From NCBI RefSeq assembly GCF_009914755.1, contig NC_060925.1: 64,000 bases of DNA; one strand, written 5' to 3'. A program made the translations under genes and the position numbers. The DNA is from the human T2T-CHM13v2.0 reference genome, Homo sapiens. The first letter of the stretch is position 1. Every line of letters starts with the position of its first letter. Shown piece after piece: positions 38,661-51,600 of the stretch. The notes below the pieces were generated by a model. The model had not been told where the DNA came from. It saw only the letters and a list, made by a program, of their open reading frames with translations, and ran no database searches.

Positions 38661-39534
38661 GGTAGTGGTGATAACTGTTATTGTATTGTTGCTGTTGTTG
38701 TTATGTTACTAATGGAAAAGGGCTGGATGTGTAAATAGTAAATGATGACCTGGGCTGATTCATAAAATTCTTGGTTGAGAGAACTAGTGGAAGAAACTGA
38801 TAGGGACTAAGTTTGAGGCTGAAAGGAAAGGAGGTAATGGATTTAGAAAAGGCATTAACCTTGCCGCAAAGAATACTAAAGCAGCTCTCAATGATCTTTG
38901 CTAATAGAAGGGAGAGGAATAATCTAAAACAAGAGCTGACTCGACAAGCTGGCATTTAAAAAAAATTGAAATCCCATGAAAGACACAGACATATAACCTG
39001 TCAGGTTCTGCTCTGCATTCCAGCTTTGTACTTGGTCCTGTTGCTGGCAGGTGCCTGAAACTCGACTGTACCTCTGAGAGAGAACTTCACCTTCCTGGTG
39101 ATGTAACTGCCACTCTCACAGAGCCCCATGGGCCACACCATGGAAGAGCTTCACTGGGGCTCAACCCGGCATGCATTCCTCAACCACCTTCCACTCCAAG
39201 TGCCCTCGCCATTCAGCTCCCAAACTTATTATTTTAAGGCCAGGAAGTCTACTCATCCTAAAGCAAGCCCTGCTTTCAAATTCCTTACCGTATCCTAAAG
39301 GTCTAACCTCCATGCAGACAAATGAATTTGCTTTAGCAAACATAGTCACTTTAGATCTGGCCTTTCTTCTGAATCTCTGATTCCAAGCTCCAACCTTTTC
39401 CCCCCTGCCCTTCCCCTCCACCGTTACTGTTGCTGTTATTGGCCGATGTTCTCAGCCTTGACTAGCCTCCACTCTAAGGGCAACTAGAAGAGGCCAGTGT
39501 TAGTGGGAATTTAAAGTGAAACCTTTAGATAAGC

Positions 39535-39630
39535 TTCAAGCTGCTTATTCCTTAGCATCAAGGAAAAGTTCAAGCTGCTTCTTCCTTAGAATCAAGGAAA
39601 AGTTCAAGCTGCTTATTCCTTAGCATGAAG
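39535..39630. repeat. Minisatellite, 34-bp unit x ~2.8
   Basis: Unit TTCAAGCTGCTTATTCCTTAGCATCAAGGAAAAG at 39535, 39569 and 39603. Confidence 0.95.
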
Positions 39631-39799
39631 TTAAGGCAGAGTGCACGTTTGAGAGGAACTTTAGGTAAATATCAGTCCCGCATGCAGTCTTTCCAGATGA
39701 CCATCACAAATGTTTGCCTGTTCTTTTAACTCAGAACTTAATAGAACAGATAGCTGATTTGTGTGATTTTACAGAAATCTAGTCATTATACAAATAATT

Positions 39800-40520
39800 T
39801 TTCAACAATAATTTATTAATTCATTCCTTCTACAAATACTTATGCTAACAAGTACTGTCCTAAGTCCTGTGGGGAAGATAAGCTGAGATAGAGACACAAA
39901 TATCTAGGCCAGTGGTTCTTACCCAGGTGGAATTTTGCCCCCAGGAGACATGGAGACATTTGGCAAAGTTTGGAAAAAGTTTTGGTTGTTTTAATCAGTG
40001 GGGTGGTTTTACTGTCATCTAGATAGTAGAGGCCATAAATGCTGCTAAATGTCTCACAATACAGAGCACCGGCCCTCACAACAAAGAATTATCTAGCTTC
40101 ATATATCACAGTGCCAAGGCTAAAAAACCTGACTTCCACTCAAGCCACTATAGCCCATATTTAATAGGAGGAGGCAAAGGAAAAGACGGTGGAAAAGTAA
40201 AATTCACCTCTGTTCAGGGGTTAAATCTAATTTGTAAAGGTCTCAAGAAGAACGTACCATTTGACTGTTCCACAAAACTCATATGAGAGTTTGAAAGCTG
40301 GGAATTAAAAGAGTTATAGGAAATGGAGAATAGCTTTCTAGCAAAAGGAAGAAAAAGTCATATTTTAAAACTATGTTGAGGTCTAAGGGGAGCTCCAATT
40401 GTAAACAAAACAGCTAGAATCATTTGAAGAGTAGGACGTAGGCGGGAAAAAGGAAACAAACTTATCAAGGCCTCAAATATCAGGCTAGACAATTTGCTTT
40501 ATAGCTGTCAGAGACTATTC
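39800..40520 (-). mobile_element. L2 fragment split by MER20
   Basis: TTCATTCCTTCTACAAATACTTATG...AGTACTGTCCTAAG; purine-rich continuation after 40131. Confidence 0.55.
39910..40131. mobile_element. MER20 hAT-Charlie element
   Basis: CAGTGGTTCT...TTTTGCCCCCAGG...GACATTTGGCAA...GTAGAGGCCA...GCTGCTAAA...ACAACAAAGAATTATC. Confidence 0.9.
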
Positions 40521-41542
40521 ATTTGAAACACCAAATTGGTAAATGTTAAAAGAACTAATAATTTTAGGCCCTGGTGTACATATTGTTCTTTTATTTCAGA
40601 ATCAAATAAATTTGGAGTTGAAAATAGATTGTAGACATCCTTTGGTCACATGTCCATGTTTGACAGGTAAAGATGCTGAAGCCCAGCATCTTGCAAGTTG
40701 ACCACACCCACGGAGCCAGTTGTGCAAAAGCTGGGATTTCCATTCATGCTCAGCCTAATTCTTTCGCCATTACTCTTTGCTGACTCCAGGAGGTGCTACC
40801 ATGTGCATTCTTAAGGTGTTAATTTGCATTGGGTTGCCTGTCTTTAACAAGTGCTCACATGTAGGACTCCATGTAGGCTAGATTGGAGGAAGGATAACTG
40901 ACAGCTCTCTGTGCCTCTCCACTGGTCTCTGAGTATTATGGACAATGATGTAGGGAGCAGCCATGTCTCCACACTCAGTTGTGGGCATTTCAGAATCACT
41001 TGCGGGTTTTCTTCAAATTCAACATATTTCTTTGGGATTCTAATATACCACCTAGAGATATCCCGAAGCAGCTATTCCCAAACTTCTGAGAATCCCTGCT
41101 TTACAGAACCATTGTTGAGTGGGAAGAAAAAAAGATTGAGAGACAGTAATATGGACTTTAACAGGGAGTCTAATCTAACCTATTACATTCCAAAGTGACT
41201 TTATAGTTCAACTTACTTGGATTTCTACACTGAGGGATAGTTTTAGCACTGTAGTATTATTATTAAGGTACTCTCATGACACTTGGTCTTCCAGAGTCTT
41301 CCAAAATTCTACATGATGTATTTATTTTTAAATACAATTAAATCAGTTTCATTTTGACTTCCCCCTGCCCACCTTTTTTGATGTAGCAAGTTAAAAATCT
41401 TTCAACACGCAGGAGCTCAGGTAAGCAAAAAAGAAACAAATGGTTTATTAGCGGTCAAAAGATTGGAAACTGCTGAATTAATGTGCTTGTCATGTTTTCC
41501 TCTACTAGGACATGTTAACAGTCTTCTATGTGCAAACTTAAC

Positions 41543-41750
41543 ACTAGGTTAAGAGTCAGACTACATCACTTCGACTCCTGGTTCTGGCACCAATTAGCCA
41601 GATAATCTTGGTCCTATCATGTAACTTCTCTGTGCTTGATAGAAATGTTGAGATAATAAAATTAGTTTATATATATAAATCGTTCAGAGCAGTAGCTGGC
41701 ACATAGTAAGTACTATTTAATTACTATTTAAATGTTATATATTACTATTT
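41543..41750 (+). mobile_element. MIR SINE
   Basis: GGTTAAGAGTCAGAC...GGCACATAGTAAG. Confidence 0.65.
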
Positions 41751-43019
41751 CTTTTAAAATAATTTTGTGGCACCATTTAAGACATGTATTGGTTTTTCTT
41801 TACATGCTGATGGTGCAGGGGATTCCTCCCTCGCTCAAGGGTTTGAGCTGAAGTCCTGGAAAGGTCCTTTCCTACCCAGACCCATGACCTTCTCCCCACT
41901 GGTCCTCTAGGGGTTTTAGGCAGCTATAACAGTCACTTCATGCTGCAGCACACAGGTTCCCAACCAGGGGCTCCAGAGCCCCCAAGATCATGAGTTTCTT
42001 TATTATTTCTCAAATTCTAGTATAAATCATTCACTTACTTGTAACTAGGCTACCGGTAGAGTGCCTGGCACATAGTAGGTTGTTGTTAATAAAATGAATG
42101 GATTACAACTGCTGGTTTTGTTTCTTTCCTTTTGGATGTAATTATTTCAGCAGTGTGCTTATCCTATTCTGGAAAGAAGATCAGTTTGTGTTAATGCATG
42201 TCTCATGAATAAAAATGGGAAAGTAAATTAATCATGTCTTTAAAAAATACAGATTGTTCAGTGGACTATATCTTTTAAAATATGAGTCCATGTTGAAGGA
42301 GGGGCTAATCAAAGGGAGCCTCATTGACTAAAAGGTTGCAAATTGCTGAAGTCTAATGTGTTCCCTGCATTTTCCTCATTTTCTTGTATGTGGCTAAATG
42401 TCTCTATGAAATAAAATAGCATTAATATATCCAAAAAGCAAACCCAGCAGTGGAATGGGAAGAACAGTGCCTGGCTGGTGCAGAATGCATGGTTGAGATG
42501 CAATCTTCTATGTGCAAACTTAACGTGCCAGTTGTTTTATTTAGGGAGAGAAAGGAGGGGGGATGCATTAGAGAGAAAGTCCACAGCATAATTAGGAAAC
42601 AATCAACACGTTTTTCTTGCTGTCCTAATTTTTTCTTCACTTTAAAATGCTCCATTGAGTTTAATTAAACTTGCCCTGGGCTTATAAGCCCAGCAAACTG
42701 GGGAACATTTTTCTGAAACTTGCTTTCCTGTCAGAAAGGTTTTCTTCAAGCTGGCCCAGTACTGCTGAACTTCAAGGTTTCAGGGGATGTTAAAACAACT
42801 GCAACCAAATTAATGTAGATCATCTTTATTTTTTCCTATTGATTTGAGCAGAGGGGATGGGAAGCTGGGCATCGCCAAATAAAAAGCTTCTGCAAGGTTG
42901 TTAAAGATGCTTAATCTGGGAAGCAGAGAGTGGGAAGATGGTTTTATGTGATTATGAAGGAGAAAGAAAGAGAGGGATGATAAAGGGGGTAAGCAAATTA
43001 TAATTACTGATATTCCAGT

Positions 43020-43207
43020 GGACTGTTCTTAGGGATACTAACTCTTCCCCTTTTGGATGTCACCATCTTGTTTTGCTTTGGGAAATCACCACTTTTCTAT
43101 CCCATGTGGTTCATGTGAAACTATCAACCATTTTGGTCTGCCCTCAACCAGACCCCACCCTCCTTGGCAAAGTGGTAGACAGGAATGTGAGCATTCTGGA
43201 CCAGTGA

Positions 43208-43257
<50 letters not shown>

Positions 43258-43450
43258 TCCTTGGGAATTTGAATCTTCATCAGAGAAACACATAATCAGA
43301 AACTTGATATAAATCATTCTAAGTTCAAGGCCATGTAGAGTTTGTTCATTGGCCCCAACTAAGATTCCTTATAGCCTCAGACTCTAGCCCTTTCTAAATC
43401 CAAGATGCTCAGTTTTTCATTGGATTTTGTGAGTTCTTCAGTATTTATAT
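43020..43450 (+). mobile_element. Old LTR16/LTR33-like element containing a (TC)n tract at 43210-43255
   Basis: The (TC)n is unambiguous; LTR similarity is weak (TTTGGGAAATCACCAC...CCATGTGGTTC). Confidence 0.4.
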
Positions 43451-43451
43451 T

Positions 43452-43850
43452 TGTTAGATTGCACAAGGTTATGCTAAGGAAAGGAAAACCCCCAAAGTCT
43501 TAATGGTTTACAACAACAGAAATATTTATCTTGCTCATGTTCAAGGTTGGCTGTAGGTTGCCGGAAGCTCGGCTTTTTATACTTTTCACTCCAGGATGAA
43601 GGTGTAACTTCTGTTTGGAAAACTGCTACTCTTGTAGCAGGCAGAAAAGAGCAATGAGGCAATTATATGAAGCTTACCAAACCCTCTGCTTGGGAGTAGC
43701 ATGTGTTATTTCCTTCACTTGGCCCAGGGAAGCCTACCATCAGAGCGGATGGAAGTGTCCTTCTCTTCTAGGGAGGAACCTAATAGAGAGAGGCCAAAAG
43801 AGAAGGGCAGCAGACACTTTGAATAATAATACAGTTTGAACACCAGTCTG
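43452..43850 (-). mobile_element. MLT1-family LTR
   Basis: Antisense 3' end AGGTTATGCT...CCCAAAGTCTTAATGGTTTACAACAACAGAAATATTTATCTTGCTCATG. Confidence 0.65.
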
Positions 43851-43887
43851 CCAAGTATCAACTCTGTAACTATGGAGAAATTTCTTA

Positions 43888-44172
<285 letters not shown>

Positions 44173-44219
44173 AAATTTCTTAACCTCCCTGAGCTTCAGT
44201 TTCCACATCTTTACAGCAG

Positions 44220-44604
44220 TACTCACTAGAATCCAGCCCCGCTTTTTTTCTGGGCACATGGAAAACTGCACATCCCAGCACTTCATAGTTGGACGGGACC
44301 ATGTGACAAATCCTGGCCAGTGAATTGAGCAGAAGGAATACATTCTGTTCAGGAAAAGCCCAGTGAAATTCTCTAGAATCAGTCTTTCCTGGCTGCAGCA
44401 ACGAGACCACCAGAAGTTCCTCTGGGGACAGTTTCTGTCAGCGTGGGTCTCTGAGTGACTGTGTAAAGCAGAGGAAATATCCTGCTGATGAGCTAAGCCA
44501 GACACTGTCATGAGAAAAAAAAGGCAGTACTCTGTTATGCTAAGCCACAGGTTGTAAGGTTAATTTGTTTCTACAACATAAACTAGATTTTCCTGACAAG
44601 TACA
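44220..44604 (+). mobile_element. MLT1J-like LTR
   Basis: GACCATGTGACAAATCCTGGCCAGTG...TGCTAAGCCAC...TTTGTT...CCTGACAAGTACA. Confidence 0.65.
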
Positions 44605-44719
44605 GAAATTGGTAATGATAATATATTTCTGGTCTTAAATTCCTTCCCGTTTGAAATGCCTGGAGTAACTTCTGGTTTCTGCACTAATATGACTGATACA
44701 AATGCTTAACTCAATCAGG

Positions 44720-47150
44720 AGATGATGGGGAGGGACCTCTTGTACAAAGTGACACCTAAGCTATGTCTAAAAGAATGAATAAAATAAGAGAAGTGAAGGG
44801 GAAGAGACATTCCAGAGTTTACACTATGAACAAAGGTAGGGAACAGCATCATGGGGATTTATATTCAATACTATATACTGAAGTTAAGAAAAATGAGGTT
44901 GGAGAGATAAATAAGAATTTTTACTCCTGTTAAGGCCATGAGAGGGGGAAGATCTTGTGTCCAATGTTAAGCTGTATGAAGTCACATTATATGAAGGTAA
45001 TGGAAAGAATCATTGATGGATATTAAAAGGGAAAGACAGAAGGATATTATACATGAATTTTAGGTAAATCCCTCTGTCTACTGCACAAAGGGTAAATTCA
45101 GGTGATGTATTAGTAAAAGAAGGGAAGGCTAGGAAGCCATTTAGAAATAGTATTCCTGAAGAAAGTTAATGAAGGCTGAAACTAAAGAAAGAGTAAAGGA
45201 GATCAGACTAGGGAACAAACCACAAGATATTCTGGGTATTCAATTAATGATACTTGTTGAACAATTCAGTGTGGTCATGAAAAAAGAGAAGAATCGAGGC
45301 ATGATTCTCAGGCTTCTAAACTGAATGCCTGGGTGAGTGAGATCCCTGAAGTTGAGGAGGATATTACTGGAGGAGCACATTTGGATAATTCATTCAATTT
45401 GTATTTATTGATGTTGAAGCATCATGGGCATATCCAGATAGATATATCCAGGAAAAATTGAATATCTGGGATTAAAACTCAGAGCAGAATTCTAGACTTA
45501 AAATATAGATTTGTAGATTTCAAAACCATTTGTCTATAAGTGGCAGCTGAAACTATGGAAGGGAGTGAGATCACAAAGGAAATTTTGGAAGAGTTGTTTT
45601 CTGGGAGAGCATCAAAATTAAGACTGGAACTCACAAATTAGACATTAAAAAAACCAGAGATGATCAAGGAGAACAAAGTGGAGTATAGTGGCATAAAGTG
45701 ATTGATATGTTAGGCTGTGTCCCCACCAAAATCTCATCTTGAATTGTAAATCCCATAATCCCCATAATCTCCACATGTCAAGGGAAAGAACTGGTGGAGG
45801 TAATTGAATCATGGGGGCAGTTTCCCCCATGCTGTTCTCATGATAGTGAGTGAGTTCTCACGAGATCTGATGGTTTTGTAAAGGGCTCTTCACCCCTTTG
45901 CTCAGCACTTCTTCTTCGTGCTGCCTTGTGATGAAAGTGCCTTGCTTATTCTTCGTCTTCTGCCATGATTGTAAGTTTCCTGAGGCCTCCCCAGCCATGC
46001 TGAACTATGAGTCAATTGAACCTCTTTCCTTTATAAATTACCCAGTTGTGGGCAGTTCTTTATAGCAGTATGAAAACAAACTAATATGGTGATAATAACA
46101 GAAGTGTCAAAAGCACAGTTTTGGTAAGCTATAATCTAAAAAAGGTCAACTGGGTTTGACAACAAGGAATATTGCAGTAGGATTTGGGAAGGAATTAGAA
46201 ATCAATAGAAATGGGAAATAGTCTGTATATATATTTTAAAGGATGATAATAGGAAAGCTATATGGGATCAATGGAAGACTGAACATGTTTCTAAGCTTCA
46301 AAGAAGCAATCCTAAAAATAAAGTAGAAGATATTTATGGTAAAGATGAAGAGAAATGGAGTAAAGCCTCCGTGGGCAAATGAAGAATCAGAGTCAAGAAT
46401 AAAGGTGGAAGGTTGGCTTAGAACATTAGAGACGCCATGTCCTATAGAACTAGAAAAAGGGAGATGAGTCACATTGTGGATAAAGAAAATCTGCTGGTAG
46501 GACTTAGAAAAGAAATGTCAGAGGTCAGAAGGGGGCTAACAGACGGAAAAAATAGAAGATTCAAGGACTTTGAGGTCTCTAATAACTTAACAGTGATTTA
46601 GTGAGTGACTTAACATGATTAGAGAAATAGGAAGTTATGATAGGAATAATTAAGATACAGCCTTACTGAATTTAAGATTATAAAAGTGACACAGTCCATT
46701 CTGGATAGACACAACTTCAGAGAGTGTCTATAGCAAAGATAGAGTGAAATGAAAAGTAGAGAAAGACTTTAGAGGAGAACAAGCCAAGAAACCTTGGGTT
46801 TAGAGTATTTGCATGGTTACTACACATGGATTCATGGTGTTACTAAACTTGGGGTAGACTATGAAGATTGTTTCAAAGTCTTTAGTGACCAAGAGCTAGG
46901 AAAAAATGAGTTGGTTAAAAACAGCAATGATCATGATCTCACGTGACTAGGTACTTTTACTTGAAAATAAAGGAATATTGATTGAGAAGTCACATGAGGA
47001 GTGAGAAGACTATCGAGTCCATTCCCAGTGTAAGCCAAAAGCGTTTCAGTCTGAATGATAAAGCATATAGTCACCCTAACTAAGAAAAAAATGGATTTGT
47101 AGAAAACACCCAAGCTAACAAAAAAAGGTGGGAAAAATATTTCATGCCTA
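44720..47150 (-). mobile_element. Long degenerate L2, split by a THE1 LTR
   Basis: Extended purine-rich L2-antisense motifs (GAATCGAGGCATGATTCTCAGGCTTCT..., GGGCATATCCAGATAGA..., GGAGTGAGATCAC). Confidence 0.7.
45703..46088 (+). mobile_element. THE1C/D-like MaLR solo LTR
   Basis: TGATATGTTAGGCTGTGTCCCCACC...CTAATATG; perfect 5-bp TSD GTGAT at 45698-45702 and 46089-46093. Confidence 0.93.
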
Positions 47151-47559
47151 GATCCATGATGTAAAAAGAAGGTTAATGAAGGGATTTTCTGGGGTATGTT
47201 TGTATGTGTGCTTCTTCAAGTTCCTCCATAACTGACTGCATGACACTGCCCTTCTTTCTTTCTGCTGTAGAAATTCTCCTCAATAGCTTGTCATTCTATC
47301 CTTACTGTCCTCACGTCAAAGGCTTCAATTAGTATTCCTATGTATATCTAAGTCTTAACATGACCAGTTTGAATTCTACCTTTGTTACTAAGCATTCTCC
47401 GACTGTATAACAACCTTTTTGGACTTTTCTATTTTATGAACCACTATGCACTTTTTGGATATGTCAGTGTGGGGTACATCATTATATGCTGCTCATGAAT
47501 CACTGTGTTGACTTTGCTCTCCTAAATAGCTGCAAGCTCTTTGAGAGCATAATAGGTAT

Positions 47560-48596
47560 TGTGGCTACTTACTGTTTTGGCTTCACTTTACTGCTCCATC
47601 TCCATTTCTCTGGAAGAATTGCCTTTTGCCAATTTTAGATATATGTTTTTGTTGGAGATAAAAAGTGCTAGTTAAATATTCTACCCCATCCCTCCAATCT
47701 CAGAAATAACCAGATCACCAAGCCTAGACCAATTATAATACTGCATCCTGGTAGACATGGTGATTTGTTTGTAGGGTAACTAATGAGAATTCTTCTCTTG
47801 GATTTTCCAAATGGGAGCTGGAAGGGAAGGAAAGATACCCTGTCTCTTTGGTTCTCAAGATGTTAGGATGGGACTTCCTAGCTAATGGCAGATGCTTTCT
47901 ATGATGGTTAATTTTTTTGTGCCAACTTCACTTGGGCCATGGAGCACAAGACATTTGGTAAAACATTATTCTGGATATTTCCGTGAGGGTATTTTTGGAT
48001 GAGTTTAACATTTAAATTGATAGAGTGAGTAAAAGAGATTGCCCTCCCAAATGTAAGTGGGCCTCATCCAATGAGTCTAAGTCCTGACTAGAGCAAAAAG
48101 GCTGACCATCCCCTAAGTAAGAGAGAATTCTTCCTTTCTGACTGCCTTTGAATTAGAAAGTTGCTTTTTCCCCTTGTGTTTGGACTCAAATGGAAACACC
48201 AGCTCTTCCTGGGTCTCAGGCCTTCAGATTCAGACTAAAACTAAATCATCTCCCCTCCTTGGTCCCTAGCGTGCTCACTCTCCCTGGGGATCTTGGGACT
48301 TGCAAGCCTCCATACTCTTGTGAGACAATTCCTTATAATAAATAAATAAACAAACAAATAAAAGGGAATAAGCTGACATCTAGAGATAAGAGGAAGAGAG
48401 AATGAGAGACACAACTTCAAGGCATCAAGTCTCCAGTTTTTATTTCACTTCTGATGTTCCTAGGTAATGGCTATAGTAAATTGTTCCCTTCAATTCTGTG
48501 AGGTAACCCAGAATCTTCCAGTAAATTCCTCTGGTGTTCCAATTAGCTTGAGCTGTGCTTCTGATACTTGCAACCAAAAGAACCCTGACTAAAACA
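47560..48596 (+). mobile_element. LTR16-like element split by MLT2
   Basis: 3' end CTTGAGCTGTGCTTCTGATACTTGCAACCAAAAGAACCCTGACTAAAACA. Confidence 0.55.
47900..48345 (+). mobile_element. MLT2C/D ERVL LTR
   Basis: TGATGGTTAATTTT...GTGAGGGTATTTTTGGATGAG...TGCCCTCCCAAATGTAAGTGGGCCTCATCCAAT...CAATTCCTTATAATAAAT. Confidence 0.88.
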
Positions 48597-48829
48597 GTAT
48601 ATGTCTTATATGTTTATATTTCCTTTAACACTCAGGACTGTGCAGAGCTCATGTTTGATTCAATAAAAACTTTGATTCATTTATTGATTGATTGATATTG
48701 GAATTAGATTATTCTTTTGCTCAGTTTGTTTCCTGTTAGACTCCTGGCCTTCTCAATATTTCATTCTGAGCCTTATATTGAAGAAAATATATCCAGAATC
48801 CTCCTAAGAGATAATCCAACTCTGAGAAA

Positions 48830-49520
48830 CCAAGGCCACTGGCAATAAATAGCCTAGATTCACAAAGAATAAGACAGATTAGACTAACTAGAAACTTTTT
48901 GGCTGAGATCAGAGATTAGATTAGCCAAAGGGAATGTGTTAGATGATTATTTGATCTTGTGTCTTGATAGTGCACATAGTAAAGTGCTGGATGCAGCATC
49001 TTGTGAAATCTTGATAGCTAAATTAATTTAAATTAGTTGAATATGTAGATCTTAAATATCTGAATATAGCAAACATGAGATGAATATAATATAGAAAGGT
49101 AGGTGTCAGGTTGGAATGTACAGACTGGCTAATCAGATAATGGGGGGTCAGTTTATCTCTGTTTTATTGAACCGTCTTTACTAATAGCAACTGAAGTGAT
49201 AAACAGCATGTTAATGAAATCTTCAAAGCACTGGTAAGAATATTAATAAGTTAGACAAAGAACTTAAAGAGATATGAGAGATATACTGACAAAATAAAAG
49301 GATACTAGATAGGAAAATATTCCTCACATCAGTTAGATCCCAAATGCTTAATTAGAAAGAAAAAGAAAGTAACTAAGATAAAGTTGTCATATTTTAAAAA
49401 GATGCTAGGGATCAGTATTAAGTACATTGAAAGGCAAGGTTACATAAAAGCCCAGAAATCCAAGTATAGGTAGAATAGTGTGCATTGAGTCTGATAATTT
49501 TTTTAAAGAGGAAAAATGCA
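48830..49520 (+). mobile_element. L3/CR1 LINE relic (reverse-transcriptase region)
   Basis: GATTCACAAAGAATAAG...AGACTAAC...CAAAGGGAATGTGTTAGATG resembles the CR1 ORF2 GFTKNKS..TNL..QGNAVD region, heavily decayed. Confidence 0.5.
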
Positions 49521-49787
49521 TATCTAATCCTAGAGCAGGGAAGGACTTTTAATACATGAAGGCAATTGAATAATCCATAAAGAAAAGATTTGTCAGTGTA
49601 ATAACTATGTATCATTAAGTACTGGTTGTAAAAAAACAACAAAACGCAACAAAAGGATAATAATTATTTGTATAAAGTTTTATAAATCTCTGCAGAATAA
49701 TATGAATAACTCAATAGATAATGAAGTAATTACATGACAAACAGCACCCACAAAACAGAACGTAAATCATTAATAATATATAAAATT

Positions 49788-50106
<319 letters not shown>

Positions 50107-50244
50107 TATAAAAATTTTAATCTTATTTTATAAAAGATGTAGTATTTTTAACCTTGAAAGTCAACTGGTATAGAAATAATATGCTTATGTACTGCTGGTA
50201 GAAATAGTCTTAAAAGCTAGAATTTGGAGGATAGAACAAGAGGA

Positions 50245-50679
50245 GTAAATTAAATTAGGATAGACTAATCTGCAATAACAGAGAGACCTAGGACTTTTAA
50301 TGGCTAATGAAAAGAAGTTTGTCTGTTTATTTTCTCATGTAGGAGTCCTGGTCAGGTGTTCAGGTTAGTGAAGCAGCTAGTATCTGCTCATCTAGGAAGC
50401 CAGATTCCTGTCTGTCATCTTTTTGTTCCATCATCCTTGTGTGCACTGTTATCATCTGTGTCCAGCTGGTGGAAGGGAAACAACATGGAGAAAAATGACT
50501 GAAAGGTTTTTATAGGCCATTTCTGAAAGTAGCATGGAATGTGTCTATTTATATTTCCACTGGGGAGATGGCAGTCACTTGGCCACACTAAGTGCAGGGA
50601 TCCTTGGAAATGTAGTCTAGCTGTGTGTTCAAAGAAGGAGGCAGCAGAATGGGGCACTCAGTGAACAGTGTCTGCCACA
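50245..50679 (-). mobile_element. MLT1J-like LTR
   Basis: CAGTCACTTGGCCACAC...TGCAGGGA...GGAAATGTAGTCTAGCTGTGTG...TCTGCCACA. Confidence 0.75.
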
Positions 50680-50769
50680 GAAACTGAAGTCAAGGTCCTG
50701 AGCTGTAATGGAATCCATTCACTGTAGCTCCAAAAACGATCAACTCCAGAAACAAATTAACAAACTTGC

Positions 50770-51600
50770 ATTTATTAACTCTGCAGGGGTTCTTTCATAA
50801 CATTCCCATAATCTTTGTAACATCTCTGTGAGATAAGCATTAATGTTTCCATGAGGAAAATGTAGGTCTGAAAGTCTTTAAAAATATCTGTAAGTCAGAC
50901 AGCTAGGGAATGGCGGAGCTGAACTCAGGTTGGTCTGATTCCACAACCAAGTTTCTTCATTTTTTTAGCCTATACCACAATGGATGAAATGAGCCCTCTG
51001 TGACTCTAGCTGCTTCATTTTGTTCTGCAATAACTACATATAATCCATCACTAATTTATACTTACTTAGTCACTCATTTTCAAGTCAACATTTAGTGAGA
51101 ACTTGCTATTTGCTGCGCTCTGAACCAGCTAAATTAATGTGCATTATTTCTTTCAATCCCTACAACCAACCCTTGAAAAAGACATTTTTTATTTCCCACT
51201 ATGTGTGAACTTGGCAAGTCCACACAACGAGTAGGCAGTAGTTCCAGATTGCAAAGCTCAGACTCCTCCCCACTAACCCCATGCAGTGCCCACGCTCACA
51301 CGCACGCACTTTCCCAGACTATATACTACAATATTATTTAAGAGATGGCTTAATATATAAAACCTACCTCTAATCTCAACGAGCTACCAGTTAGTTGGGG
51401 AGACAAAACACTCACATATGCTCACATGTACACACTCAATGCACACATAGAAGGAATATGTAAGCTGAAGATGATGGTGAGGGTACCAACAGTCTGTAAT
51501 TCAGACACAGCCAAAATGAATGTATACTGGAGATATGTGGAACAGCTTCTTGGAATCAGGAGGATTTGAAATGGGCAGATTAAGAGAGACAGTGGGATCC
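50770..51600 (-). mobile_element. MIR and L2 fragments
   Basis: ATGAGGAAAATGTAGG...AAGTCAGACAGCTAG...TGAACTCAGG; CAACATTTAGTGAG. Confidence 0.5.

Noticed and set aside
39535-39630. CRISPR-like 34-bp repeats
   Set aside because: Head-to-tail with no unique spacers, no cas genes and a eukaryotic context; it is a minisatellite.
41387-41426. Other isolated splice-site pairs (41387-41420 +, 15295-15380 -, 63890-63930 -)
   Set aside because: Pseudo-exons of this quality are expected at this density; they do not chain into a recognisable ORF.
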